Below, in pieces: positions 10,914 to 23,328 of a stretch of DNA of 64,000 nucleotides. Numbering within the stretch: the stretch's first letter is position 1; the number at the start of each line of letters is the position of its first letter. Both the position numbers and the translations under genes were made by a program. The stretch is taken from the NCBI GenBank assembly GCA_964016885.1, contig OZ024745.1, positions 95,728,001 to 95,792,000 on the forward strand. Direction: 5' to 3'. A model generated the notes under the pieces. That model had not been told where the DNA came from. It ran no database searches and worked only from the letters and a program-made list of their open reading frames with translations. This DNA comes from Eledone cirrhosa (taxonomy: Eukaryota).

Positions 10914-13900
10914 GACCATGCTGTAAAATGGAGGGGTAGAGAGGGCCCTTGAGTCTAGTAAGACATCCTCTCTAGTGCTGGTGGCACAAATAAAAGCACC
11001 CAGTCCATGCTGTAAAGTGGCGCTGGTGTTAGGAAGGGCATCCAACCAGTGTATCAATGCCAAAAAGCTTATCAGCACAGCAACAAAACAGCATAGAAAA
11101 ATATGAAGACGTCGCATCTCAGAGTTGCAACACTTAATGTTGGCACTCTCAGAGGTAGGTCTGCTGAAATAGCGGAGATGCTGGAGAGAAGGCAGGTGGA
11201 TGTGTGCTGCATGCAAGAGGTGAGATGGAGGGGTGCCTCTGCGAGACTAGTCGTAGGCAAGCGTCTTAGCTATAAGCTATTCTGGGTAGGTAAGGATGAT
11301 GGGTTAGGGGGAGTAGGCATTTTCCTGGCTGAGAAATGGATCAATAAGACAATAGAGGTAGTTCGAGTTAGTAATCGAATAATTAAGCTTAGATTAGTTG
11401 TAGGTAGGAGACTACTGACAATCATCTCGGTCTATGCTCCCCAAGCAGGCCTAGGCAAAGATGAGAAAGACTGCTTTTATGAGCAACTTTTGCAAACAAC
11501 CACAATGACAGAGGACGGAGACATCGTTATGCTAGCAGGAGACTTCAATGGTCATGTTGGACAGCTCCAGGATGGTTACACTGGGGTACATGGTGGGCAC
11601 GGTTACGGTTCAAGAAATGAAGAAGGAGTGAGACTTCTTGAATTTTGTGATGCAAGTACATTGACTATTTGCAACACAAACTTCCAGAAACCTGCCAATC
11701 ACCTAATAACCTACAAATCTGGTGAGCACATAAGCCAGATTGACTTCCTGCTAGTTAGGCAGTGGGACAGACAGATAGTGTCTAATACCAAGGCATACCC
11801 TGGGGAAGAATGTACCCCACAGCATAGGTTAGTTGTTAGTGATATCTCAGTAAGCAAGAGATGGAATGAGACATATAGGAAGGTGTGGAGAAGAAAGGTC
11901 TGGAAGCTAAAAGACCTTTCACTAAAATTCAAATTTAGGAAAGCCCTTCAAGATGTATATGACGAAAAAGAAGACGATTTAGAGACGTATGACATAGATA
12001 ATAACTGGAAGTTCTTACGTGACAACTTGCTGAAGGCTACTGATGAAGCCTGTGGCTGGAGCAGAGCTCCAACCAGACAGAGAGTGACCTGGTGGTGGAA
12101 CAGCAGTGTAGATAAGGCTATTAGAGACAAAAGACTAGCATGGAAGGCTTGGAATAAGGGTGGGAGTAGGGAAGAATATACAGCCACTAAGAGAGAAGCT
12201 AGACGTCAGGTGTACGTAGCACGCAGGGAGGCAGAGAGTAGGAGGTTTGCCAATGTTCTGCGACGGGAAGATCAGAGGCGTGCGGTGTTCCACATTGCAA
12301 GGCAGTGTGTCAATGCAAATCAGGATGTTGTTGGTGATAAATGTGTCCGGGATGATACCGGTGTACTTAGTGTCACGAATGACCAGAAAAAGGAGGCCTG
12401 GAAATGTCATTATGAGAGACTGATGAATGTGGAGAACGAATGGGAGAGAGAGAAATTACCCTTGGTAGATCCGACAGAGGGACCAGCTATTGAGATTGAC
12501 GAATATAGGGTCCAAGAGGCGATTAGGGAAATGAAAAATGGTAAGGCGGCCGGACCATCGGGAATAGTTGCTGAGATGCTGAAGGCATCAGGGGACGTAG
12601 GCACTAAACTGGTTGCATGCATAATCAATCAGGCTATATATGGTGGTGTCATACCCAAAGACTGGTGCAGCAGTATTCTCATAAATTGCTACAAAGGTAA
12701 AGGGGATGCTTTGGAGAGGAGCAATTATAGGGGTATAAAACTGATAGATCAGGTTATGAAAGTGGCAGAAAGGATTTTAGCACAACTAATTAGAGAAAGG
12801 GTCAAACTAGATGAGATGCAGTTTGGTTTTGTGCCTGGGAAGAGTACAACAGATGCCCTCTTCTTGGTGAGACAAATGCAAGAGAGGTTCTTAGAGAAGA
12901 ATAAGCCACTATACTTAGCCTTTGTTGACCTAGAGAAGGCCTTTGATAGGGTACCCCGATCTGTCATCTGGTGGTCCCTAAGGAAGCTGGGTGTTGAGGA
13001 ATGGCTTGTAAGGACAGTGCAAACTTTGTACAGAGGTACTCTCAGTAAAGTCAGGGTAGGAATGGAGTTTAGTGAGGAATTCCAGATACAAGTAGGAGTA
13101 CATCAGGGTTCGGTCCTCAGCCCGCTCTTGTTCATTATAGTCCTCCAAGCCATAACAGAGGAGTTTAAGACTGGCTGTCCATGGGAACTTCTCTATGCTG
13201 ACGATCTGGCTCTTATGGCAGAATCAATAGAGGAGCTAGAGAATAAATTCCGGCTATGGAAACAGCAGTTGGAAGCAAAAGGACTGAGAGTAAATCTAGC
13301 TAAGACAAAAGTGTTGATGAGTAGAAAAGAGGACAAAACCCTGATTCCGTCAGGGAAATGGCCATGTTCGATATGCAGAAAAGGAACTGGCATAAATTCT
13401 ATAAAATGCACACAATGTAGGTCCTGGGTACACAAGAGATGTAGCGGGATAGCAGGCAAACTAACAGGTAGGGAGAAATATGTATGCAGTAGATGTACAG
13501 GGAAATTAGACAGTAGAAGTCGCACTGATAGACACATTTTTCAAATGCGAGAGGGCGCTATAGAAGTGGTGGATAGCTTCCGGTACCTAGGAGATCAGAT
13601 TAGCATGGGAGGAGGGTGTTCCGAGGCCATAGTATCTAGAATAAGGACGGGTTGGAAGAAGTTTAGGGAGCTGCTTCCTCTGTTGACGAAGGGTTTCTCC
13701 CTGCGTACGAAAGGCCGGTTGTATGATGCCTGTGTGAGGAGCGCGATGCTGCATGGTAGTGAGACATGGGCAGCTACCGCAGAAGATATGCGACGGCTGG
13801 AGAGAAATGAGGCAAGCATGCTCCGTTGGATGTGCAGTGTAAATGTGCGTGAACGACCCAGCATAAATGTGTTGAGAGAGAAACTGTGTCTGAGAGGGAT

Positions 13901-14198
13901 AGAATGTAGTGTACGGGAGAGGAGACTGAGGTGGTATGGACATGTGATGCGCATGGAGGATGACCGATGGGTGAAGAAGTGCCAGGAAATGCCAGTTGAA
14001 GGAAGACGTGGTAGAGGTAGACCACGAAAAACATGGGCGGAGGTGGTGAGAACAGACCTCAGATCATTGAAGCTCACGGTGGAGATGACGAGGGACCGTG
14101 ACGAGTGGAGAGATGCTGTGCTGAATAAGACCCGTCCCACCCTTGCAAGCAGGGAAAAGCGGACGTAAAATGATGATGATGATGATGATGATGATGAT
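10911..14198 (+). mobile_element. Apparently full-length RTE-clade LINE (family A) with 5'UTR and (ATG)n tail
   Basis: 5'UTR motif GGTGTTAGGAAGGGCATCC at ~11025-11043, single intact ORF, tail begins right after the stop; 5' boundary approximate, no clear TSD. Confidence 0.95.
11103..14168 (+). CDS. RTE ORF: APE endonuclease + reverse transcriptase with inserted C4HC3 (PHD-type) finger, 1021 aa
   Basis: TLNVGTL, CMQEVRW, SVYAPQ, GDFNGH, IDFLL, QHRLV (APE); FVDLEKAFD, GVHQGSVLSP, LYADD, YLG (RT); CSIC..CTQC..HKRC..CSRC. Confidence 0.97.
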   Translation: MKTSHLRVATLNVGTLRGRSAEIAEMLERRQVDVCCMQEVRWRGASARLVVGKRLSYKLFWVGKDDGLGGVGIFLAEKWINKTIEVVRVSNRIIKLRLVVGRRLLTIISVYAPQAGLGKDEKDCFYEQLLQTTTMTEDGDIVMLAGDFNGHVGQLQDGYTGVHGGHGYGSRNEEGVRLLEFCDASTLTICNTNFQKPANHLITYKSGEHISQIDFLLVRQWDRQIVSNTKAYPGEECTPQHRLVVSDISVSKRWNETYRKVWRRKVWKLKDLSLKFKFRKALQDVYDEKEDDLETYDIDNNWKFLRDNLLKATDEACGWSRAPTRQRVTWWWNSSVDKAIRDKRLAWKAWNKGGSREEYTATKREARRQVYVARREAESRRFANVLRREDQRRAVFHIARQCVNANQDVVGDKCVRDDTGVLSVTNDQKKEAWKCHYERLMNVENEWEREKLPLVDPTEGPAIEIDEYRVQEAIREMKNGKAAGPSGIVAEMLKASGDVGTKLVACIINQAIYGGVIPKDWCSSILINCYKGKGDALERSNYRGIKLIDQVMKVAERILAQLIRERVKLDEMQFGFVPGKSTTDALFLVRQMQERFLEKNKPLYLAFVDLEKAFDRVPRSVIWWSLRKLGVEEWLVRTVQTLYRGTLSKVRVGMEFSEEFQIQVGVHQGSVLSPLLFIIVLQAITEEFKTGCPWELLYADDLALMAESIEELENKFRLWKQQLEAKGLRVNLAKTKVLMSRKEDKTLIPSGKWPCSICRKGTGINSIKCTQCRSWVHKRCSGIAGKLTGREKYVCSRCTGKLDSRSRTDRHIFQMREGAIEVVDSFRYLGDQISMGGGCSEAIVSRIRTGWKKFRELLPLLTKGFSLRTKGRLYDACVRSAMLHGSETWAATAEDMRRLERNEASMLRWMCSVNVRERPSINVLREKLCLRGIECSVRERRLRWYGHVMRMEDDRWVKKCQEMPVEGRRGRGRPRKTWAEVVRTDLRSLKLTVEMTRDRDEWRDAVLNKTRPTLASREKRT

Positions 14199-14216
14199 TA
14201 GGTTTAAAGCTAAAAC

Positions 14217-14454
14217 TTTTAAAAGGCAATGCAACATTAAATGCAACTACTACATCTTTGAGTCATTCTTCATTAAGAGGTATATTTCCAATGGCAGTAA
14301 TGGTGTCAGATTATTGACAGGTGCTTTGAGTTTGGAAAGAAATTAGTCAAACCAGAACATTATATCAACAGACAAAGTTCAGTGTCTTACTTGTAAAATT
14401 TGATAAAGTTAAGTTGCCATTTTCTGGTGACGAAGAGCTTTCTTGATAGAGAAA
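14217..14454 (-). pseudogene. Candidate SLC9C-like exon (voltage-sensor S3-S4 region), several stops
   Basis: ttttataAG acceptor; ..TLSVDIMFWF..LHLMLHCLLK|GT; phase compatible with 6271-6432; alternative donor GTAAGA at 14390. Confidence 0.35.
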
Positions 14455-14478
14455 CTTATAAAAGTTAGATTAAATTAC

Positions 14479-14698
14479 CTAACCTATTAGCATTTAAACA
14501 GGTCATATCCAGCCAGAATTCTCTCACTTATTTCTGTTCAAACCAGCCATAACCGGCTGCTCATACTGATATTAAGGTATTGTTCTCAAAATAAGTATCA
14601 AAATCTCATAGATTTGATATTATGTGAGATAATTATGTGAGATAAATTACTGTGAAAATGCAATAGTAAATAGAGTGATGTGAATGCTAAAGGGTTAA
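14479..14698 (+). mobile_element. piggyBac-type MITE
   Basis: Family TIR TTAA-CCCTTTAGCATTTA..TAAATGCTAAAGGG-TTAA, ~215 bp. Confidence 0.8.
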
Positions 14699-15621
14699 AC
14701 AAAATATTAAAGCAAATAAGAAGTAAACAATCACAATGTTTTTTCTTTTGTAGGTTTTAACTAGTTGGCTGTGAAGGTTTGTATAGAAATTCAGAATATT
14801 TAGTATTTGAATGCAGGAATGTCAACTTTGTAAATTACTTGGAAGCTGGTATATTAGAAATATGAAATCTGAGGTTGTACACCATGGTACAACTCAAATT
14901 GTATTCCATATTACCTTTATCTTGCACTAGCTGTTAATTTCTATGTATATTACCTTGTGGATTAACTTTAATCTATTGTGATTTTCTCAGTTCAGTTATA
15001 ACCACAACAGAATGATTTGAGTATATATTTGGATATGAAATCTAAGATTTAAACAGAGTTGATATGAAAGTGTTTTAAGCTAAGTGAACTGAGCACAGTG
15101 TCAGTACTGGTATGGACATACAAAGTGAATGGATTAGATGCAGTGTAAAGAGGTAGGACACAAATAGACCTGCAAGGAGTTTGGATTAGATATGATGGAC
15201 TTCAGAATGTTAAAGCTAACAATGGAGATGAAGCAAGACAACATTACATCAAATGTACACATTTTATCATTCATGCAGAGATAAGAGATAATGTTAACAT
15301 AGGCAAGAATTAAATTATAAATATAGAAGGACAAATAATTACTCTGTGTTCAATCTAATAGTTTACTGTCATATTTAACAGCCTAGTGGAAGTCTCTATA
15401 AAATCAGTAGATCTTCTGAACATAAAAGCCCAACTTAAAATATAAAAGATGTTTTGAATACTGTAGTCTTTCATGCACTCTACTTGAAGGAAAGTGAAAC
15501 CGTCATGGCTGAAATATCTTTGATCATAAATTTATTTGATCAGAGCTGAGCTGCAGCTAATTAACAACATATTGTAATATTAAGTGATCAACCTACAAAC
15601 ATTATTAAATACCAAATCTTT

Positions 15622-15714
15622 GGTTAACTTTGCCTTTCATCCTTACGAGGTCGATAAAATAAAGTACCAGTAATGTACTGGGTATTTGCTGGCCTTGTGC
15701 CAATAGTAGAAACA
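15622..15714 (+). mobile_element. 5'-truncated SINE family M with 21-bp TSD
   Basis: TSD ATTATTAAATACCAAATCTTT 15601-15621/15715-15735. Confidence 0.9.
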
Positions 15715-17409
15715 ATTATTAAATACCAAATCTTTTTAATATTCGACATGCTCAGATATCATAGCAATTTGGAAATAATGTTCTTTTTTAATGCAATGAA
15801 TTATATTTCCATTATTTTAATAACTAAATTAACAATTTTTCTTAGAGACCAATAAAAAGAAAATTGTGGGTCAAGGTCACATACACTATAGGTCTTCCTC
15901 TAAATCTACTACTTAGAGGTTATGCATTTTATTTTCAGTAAAATGAAAAGAAAATGTTATCTGGAACCAAGGATCAAAATGTAATATCCAGAAGCTTGCT
16001 GAATTATGAAACATTAACTCGTTACTACACTTTCCCTACTAGTTTATTTAGCAATGAATGAATGTGCTGTAAAAATTGAAAGCATAACACCAATCAACCA
16101 TAGAGGAAAATGGACTTAATGTTTTAGCTCTGTGAAATATTCATCAAATCAACCAGGCATTTAAGGCCATTGATACAGATTTGATTGATTCTTTAGGTAA
16201 TCAAAAAAAATTGGGGAATTTTTTATGTGAGACCAGTAATACTCTAATATTACATAGTGTTTGTATATTGAATTATAAATGACTTGTAGCATTATATGAG
16301 GTTTTCTGAACATATGCAAATTGGACCCTTTAAAGTTTTGCCTCGGTTAATTTCTTTAAGCTAGCTACTGGCCTGATATCCAATATGAATAAAAAGAATG
16401 GAGTAAATTGAGAACTAAAATGAAATATAGAAATAAAAGAAAAAACCAGGAAATATTTATAAAATAAAAAAGCTTGTGTGAATGACCAATATAATAGTTA
16501 AACAAATCTTTTCAGTTTATTCTTAACTGTATAATGCCAGTAAATAATGTTATTAAAAAAGAAAAAAACAAGACTGAAAGATGTGGAAAAATCCAAATTT
16601 TACTATATCCATTGTACTACCAGAAAGGATTACAATAACTCTGCTATTTCTTCACTACATGATAGCATAAAACAGATTCCACTCCTACTTCATGGTTGAG
16701 TGATTATCAGAAGGAAGGTTAGTTATAAAAAAAACAGCTGCTCCTACAAAAATCATTGCATCCATGCAAGCATGGAAGAATGAATGTAAAACAGCAAAAG
16801 AAAATAAAGATTCTGACAATCAATGCCAGTATTTTAGAAGAATGGAGAACATAACGATAACATAATATCAGGTGATGAAGATGATAATATTTATAGTGTG
16901 CAGCTGTGCAACTACTTCACTATTTGCTCATCTAACACTGATGTCAGTATACTGCTTAATGGTGCCAGCTATAAAATGTATGTTATTTCAAGCTTAGTAA
17001 ATAATATTCTAAGTCATTGAAAAATAAAAAAAACTGCATTTTTAGTTTCTTTTTGAAGTTTTACGAGAGTCTGAGATTTCCTGATGTCTAGTGGCAGTAC
17101 ATTCCAATGTTTTTTTAATAAAATGTTTCTATCTTTTTTCTCACTGTACTTTTCAACTTAATTTAAAACATTGGTCCCACCTTACAGGGCAATGAACTGA
17201 AGAGTTGACAATTTATATCTTGATACTATACTATTCTATGATTAAAGCATTTAACTCCCAAAGGATCAACCTAAAATTCACCACCATAAGCAGTGACTAC
17301 TTTGAAATTGGTGAATTCTTCTCTGACTTGAAATTAGGAGTTTAACAACTCCTGGGAGTTTGATGAAAATGTTTATTTGGTTCTACTTTTCTTACTTATA
17401 TACTCAAGT

Positions 17410-17842
17410 ACCATATATATTTGTGATCAATATTTTGCTAATTTTCACCAACTTCAAAATTTTACGTAAATGAGGTGTCAAAATATTTTTGCTTTAGCGG
17501 TGAATATTACACCGGTTTTCCTTTTGCCATGAAGTTCATAATTCCTATTGTTTTTGTTATATTTTAAATGAATACGACCTTCAAATTGGTCAGGAATTGG
17601 TAAAAGATCATTACATAATAGAGTTGTGAAATAAAAACTTATACTCTAAACAACACTTAGAACATTTTAAATATAAAAATATTAAAACTCCATAAATATA
17701 TTCTCCACTCATAAGAATCTTAAAACCACACCATCTAAACATAATGTGTTGATTACCTGGTTTGGCTTATAAACAGAGTGGGGAATTTTGACTATTTTTC
17801 AGACAAAATAGGGGCTCAGCTTATATTTGAGTATATACGGTA
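17410..17842. mobile_element. Degenerate Tc2/pogo-like non-autonomous DNA transposon
   Basis: TACCATATATA.. and ..GCTTATATTTGAGTATATACGGTA ends. Confidence 0.4.
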
Positions 17843-17950
17843 TGACATGACTGCATTCCAAGTTTCCAACCCTCAGACATGAAAATGAAAAGGGTTTTAG
17901 TTTTTATCAATTCCATTCAAATATGAAAATAATTTTAAAATATAACAAAC

Positions 17951-18082
17951 TCTAATATGAAAAATAATCAAGGTAAGAAAAAATAAAATGATAAAATAAA
18001 TGAAGATTCCAAGAATAAAAACTCCATCCTTAACACACATTGTTGCAAACAGATTAAACACAATTTCTTGTATCATTCACTT
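17951..18082 (-). pseudogene. Candidate SLC9C-like exon (TM helix, S2-like)
   Basis: GVFILGIFIYFIILFFLTLIIFHIR|GTTTGT; acceptor actatAG. Confidence 0.35.
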
Positions 18083-18161
18083 CTATAGTTTTGAATATTT
18101 TAAGGGAGTCAGTTGCTAATCCAAACCTAATCTACCTTCTCGCCATTAAAGTGTTGTTGTT

Positions 18162-18586
18162 GCTTACAGTGATAAATTATATCACTTAGTGACATCTATT
18201 TAGCCCTAGGTGGACTTAGCCATTGCTAGTTAACTGACTTACAATGGTAAATTATACCATGTAGTGACACTTATTTAGTCCTAGGTGGACTTAGCCATTG
18301 TTAGTTAAGTGATTTAGAATGGTAAATTATACTGACATCAGTTTAGACATAGGTGGACATAGCCATTGTTAGTTAAATGACTTAGAGTGGTAAATTATAC
18401 CATGAAGTGACATTTATTTAGACCTAGGTGGACTTAGCCATTGTTAGAAAGTGACTAAGAGTGGCATCAATCTAGACCTATTTAGACCCAGGTGGACTCA
18501 GCCATTATTAAGTGAATTAGAATGGTAAATTATACCACTTAGTGACATAAATTTAGACCTAGATGGACATAGCCATTATTAGTTAC
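18162..18586. repeat. ~75-bp minisatellite, ~6 diverged copies
   Basis: Recurring GGTAAATTATACC..GTGACA..TTTAGACCTAGGTGGACTTAGCCATT. Confidence 0.9.
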
Positions 18587-19149
18587 ATAACCATTGCCTG
18601 TTAAGTGTTTTAGCAACAGACATATTGAGTAGCAATGAAAAGACATGATCAACTAAGCTATAGGTTGGTTATCTTGCACAATATCAACTTAAAATCTATT
18701 CTTGCAAAAACTTTAGCAGTATTTATTCCATTTCTTTGTGTAAGTTTGAATAGGTGTGATTAATATCTTAATGAATGAGAATATAATGTTGTCAGCTATT
18801 ATTATAACACTTATACAACTTCTGTAACATGAGTACATAGGTGATGTACATTTTGATTATACTGATAGCATTTTATAAAGCTACCAATCATTAAAATGTA
18901 CATACAAATACTCAATTGTTTCTACTTATATCATTACCATCATCATCTTACCCTTGTATGTGTATTATCCATGATTTTTTGTGTGGGTTAGACAGGTTGT
19001 TACATTATGAAGCTATACAAGTCAGTTGACTTTATATTGCTCATATATTCCATTTTGCCATGGTGTCTATAGTTAGATGCCCTTTCTAATGCCAACCCCT
19101 TCCTAACAGGTACTAGTCTTAATTTCTCATGGCTGAAGAATTCAATGGT

Positions 19150-19366
19150 TTAATCCTTTAGCATTTACATTACTATATTTACTATTATATTTTCATGGTA
19201 AAGGCTTTATGTCACATATTTATCTCACATGATATCAAATCTATGAGGTTTTGATGTTATTCATTTTGAGAACAATACCATAACATCAGTATGAGTGGCC
19301 AGTTATGACAGAAAGAGGTGAGAGAATTCTGGTCAGATACGACTGGTTTAAATGCTAAAGGGTTAC
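19150..19366 (-). mobile_element. piggyBac-type MITE
   Basis: Same family consensus and TIRs. Confidence 0.85.
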
Positions 19367-19877
19367 GTAGTAAATCCAGGCATTAGCTATTATTTCATTA
19401 TTTTCCTGGTTTCAGTTATTGAATAGCAGCCAATTCCTATTGACCCCCAGTACTTCTATCTTTTTAAATTATGGTATATATCTTATTGATCCCTATTTGA
19501 ACTGCATAAACAAAGAGCCATGGTTGTTAAAGAGTGTCAGTGTAAACAGAAACACAGAAGCACACTCTCATATATATAATTATATAGGCATCCTTTGTAT
19601 TATGGCCACTGAGTTATAGAATTTCACATCTATAGAAATTGTAAATTATGACCATTATTTCAGGATATAGACAGTAATTTCACCCTTACGGAAACTCAGA
19701 TAAAATTTAACAATTTCCAAACTACATTCATGATATATATGTGTGTGCATGCATGTGTGTGTATGCAAGTGTTTATGTGTATAAACACAGATAGTGGGCT
19801 GGAATTTTTCACTGAGTTTATTTGTGTATATTTTATTGGGCCACAGGTGTGTATGTGTATATGTATATATATATATA

Positions 19878-20148
19878 TCATTTCATCATCATCATTTCAT
19901 TTTTATGTCCGCTTTTTCCCTGCTTGCAGGGGTGGGACGGGAACTGATTCTGGCTTGATTTTTACAGCTGGATGCCCTTCCTAACACCAACCTCATTTAC
20001 AGTGAGTGCTGGGTGCTTTTTTGCCGTGGCACCTTCACGACCATTTTACAGTGGAATGATATGGACCTCAGTCCCTATCATCTCATTTCTACAGCTGAGT
20101 AAACTGGAGCAATGTGAAATAAAGTGTCTTGCTCAAGGAAACAACACA
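19878..20148 (-). mobile_element. SINE family A, head missing
   Basis: Near-identical to 1409-1668. Confidence 0.9.
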
Positions 20149-20277
20149 TATATATATATATATATATATATACAGTGTAGGTGGTTCAATGAATTACTGG
20201 TGTTGATACCAAAGCAAGCACTCTATGCACAGGAAGAAAGAGTGTATATAGAAAAAAAACGAGGAAGTTGTGTTTAC

Positions 20278-22138
20278 ATCATCACCATCATCATCATCAT
20301 CATCTTATGTCCACTTTTCCCTGCTTACAAGGGTTGGACGGGTCCTATTCAGCACAGCATCTCTCCACTTGTCACGGTCCTTCGTCATCTCCTCGGTGAG
20401 TTTCAGCGATCTGACGTCTGCTCTCACCACCTTCGCCCATGTTTTTCGTGGTCTACCTCTACTGCGTCTTCCTTCTACTGGGATTTCTTGGCACTTCTTT
20501 ACCCAGCGGTCATCCTCCATGCGCATAACATGTCCATACCATCTCAGCCTTCTCTCCTGCACACCACAACTTATCCCTCATATACCCAGTTTCTTTCTGA
20601 ACTCGTCTATGCTTGGTCGTTCACGCACATTGACATTGCACATCCAACGGAGCATACTTGCTTCATTTCTCTCCAGCCATCACATATCTTCTGCAGTTGC
20701 TGCCCATGTCTCACTACCATGCAGCATCGCGCATCTCACACATGCATCATATAATCGCCCTTTTGTACGCAGGGAGAAACCCTTCTTTGTCAACAGAGAA
20801 AGCAGCTCCCTAAACTTCTTCCAACCCGTCCTTATTCTTGATACTATGGCCTTGGAACACTCCCCCTCCCATGCTAATCTGATCTCCTAGATACCCGAAG
20901 CTATCAACCACTTCTATAGCACCCACCTGCATTTGAAAAATGTGCCTATCAATGCGACTTCTACTGTCTAATTTCCCTGTACATCTACTGTATACGTATT
21001 TTTCCCTACCTGTTAGTTTGCCTGCTATCCCATTACATCTCTTGTGTACTCAAGATCTGCATTGTGTGCATTTTATAGAATTTATGCCAGTTCCTTTTCT
21101 GCATAATAAACATGGCCATTTCCCTGACGGAATCAGAGTTTTGTCCTCTTTTCTACTCATCAACACATTTGTCTTAGGTTCACTCTCAGTCCTCTTGATT
21201 CCAACAGCTGTTTCAAAGGCCAGAATTTATTCTCTAGCTCCTCTACTGATTCTGCTATAAGAACCAGATCGTCAGCATAGAGAAGTTCCTATGGACAGCC
21301 AGTCTTAAACTCCTGTTATGGCTTGGAGGACTACAATGAACAAAAGCGAGCTGAGTACCGAACCCTGATGTACACCTACTTGTATCTGGAATTCCTAACT
21401 AAACTCCATTCCTATTCTCACTTTACTGACAGCACCCCTGTACATAGCTTGCATTGTCCTCACAAGACATTCCTCTACACCTAGTTTCCTTAGGGACCAC
21501 CAGATGACAGATCAGGGTACCCTAACAAAGGCCTTCTCTAGGTCAACAAAAGCTAAGTATAGTGGCTTATTCTTCTCTAAGAACCTCTCTTGTAGTTGCC
21601 TCACTAAGAAGAGGGCATCTGTTGTACTTTTCCGAGGCACAAAACCAAACTGCATCTAATCTAATTTGACCCTTTCTCTAATCAGTTGCACTAATATTCT
21701 CTCTGCCACTTTCATAACCTGATCCATCATCTTTATGCCCCTATAATTACTCCTCTCTAGAGCATCCCCTTTACCTTTGTAGCAATTTATGAGAATACTG
21801 CTGCAGCATCTTTGGGTATGACACCGCCATATATAGCTTGATTAATGATGCATGCAACTAGTTTAGTGCCTACTTCTCCTGATGCCTTCAGCATCTCAGC
21901 AACTATCCCCGACGGTCCAGCAGCCTTACCATTCTTCATTCCCTTAATTGCTTCTTGTACCCTATATTCATCAATCTCAATAACTGGTCCCTCTGTCGGG
22001 TCTACTGAGGGTAATTTCTCTCTGTCCGATTCATTCTCTACATTCATCAGTCTCTCATAATGACATTTCCAGGCTTCCTTTTTTTGATCATTCGTGGCAC
22101 TAAGTACACCGGCATCATTCCAGACACACTTATCTCCA
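20278..22138 (-). mobile_element. 5'-truncated decayed RTE family A copy
   Basis: Reverse-complement similarity to ~12335-14198; ORF remnants 20305-20562, 21787-22047; (ATG)n tail. Confidence 0.95.
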
Positions 22139-22139
22139 A

Positions 22140-22252
22140 CCTATCGACTTGTTATGCGTGTTTCACTGAGGATTGGCTCAAGGTCACCCATAGGAGTTAT
22201 GAATCCAAATCCATAACCGATCTACTCTTCAGACTGGCAAAGTGACACAAAA
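22140..22252 (-). ncRNA. Degenerate hammerhead-like motif in a probable Penelope-like terminus
   Basis: Minus: CAGT-CTGAAGA-long stem II-GAAA-CACGCA-TA (compatible with CpG-decayed GAAACGCGCGTA); stem I weak. Confidence 0.35.
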
Positions 22253-22260
22253 ATATATAT

Positions 22261-22306
<46 letters not shown>

Positions 22307-22496
22307 CAACCTTCACTACTATCATCAACACAAACACAACCATCATGAACACCAAAATCAACATACCACTACTGCCATTACAAACCCGCTAACTCCTGAC
22401 AATAACAACAATAGGATGAACAAGATAAGCAATTCTGTCATAAAATAAATGACAACAATATGAGATTATGTGGTGTCCCAGTATATATATATATAT

Positions 22497-22610
22497 AACA
22501 AAGGAGGTGTGGAAAGGAACCAGATGGACCATAATGCACCAGAGTACTCAATACTTAGGGTAGTAGAGTGGGTAATAGGAAAATGTTCAGGGGTTAAACA
22601 TTTTCCTATA
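22497..22610 (-). mobile_element. Fold-back element family copy with 13-bp terminal hairpin
   Basis: Reverse complement of 33864-33950; ATAGGAAAATGTT..AACATTTTCCTAT; flanked by (TA)n. Confidence 0.7.
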
Positions 22611-22829
22611 TATATATATATATATATATATACTATATTATATTTTGAGAATAAACTCTCAGTCGTTTACGATAACCCAGCTCCAAGAAAAGGGGCATTG
22701 ACTTATATCGAGACAGACAAATTGTATTCACTTTAATTAGTTTATTTCATTAATAGCTAACTTTGTCTGTTACAATGCAAACACGTTTTGTGTTTATCAT
22801 ATATTTTAATGTATATATATATATATGTT

Positions 22830-22880
22830 AGTTTCAGAAGATCCCGTTAAGGGTGAAAGCAGCGATTCTTTGCTTAAACT
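22830..22880 (+). ncRNA. Type I hammerhead-like fold (core variant CAGAAGA)
   Basis: AGTTT/AAACT stem I, CCC-GTTAA-GGG stem II, GAAA, GCAG/TTGC stem III, CUU site; second copy at 51945-51990 has canonical CTGAAGA. Confidence 0.5.
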
Positions 22881-22994
22881 TTAATCTGTTATTTTAATAA
22901 ATATATATATATATATATATATGGCAATGAATTTGTTTTGCAAGGTTTTTGATATGAAATTGTGTGTTGAAACAAATATTGTTATATGTATATA

Positions 22995-23029
<35 letters not shown>

Positions 23030-23194
23030 GATGAGCTTCAATATAGTTTCTGTCCAACAAATTTCACTCACAAAGTAATGGTCTATGAAAGGCAATGGTT
23101 GAAAACATGGTGAAGGTTTTCATACTTGGAACCATGCTGTTCTAAAGCAAATTTCTTATCCACTCAACAAAACCTATGTCTATACACACAGATG

Positions 23195-23328
<134 letters not shown>

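Noticed and set aside
11711-14140. Antisense ORFs within RTE copies (also 28505-29413, 20270-21260)
   Set aside because: Shadow frames of RT coding sequence with no independent motifs
14754-14776. Plus-strand micro-exon with good splice sites
   Set aside because: Stops in all three frames and no supporting plus-strand exons
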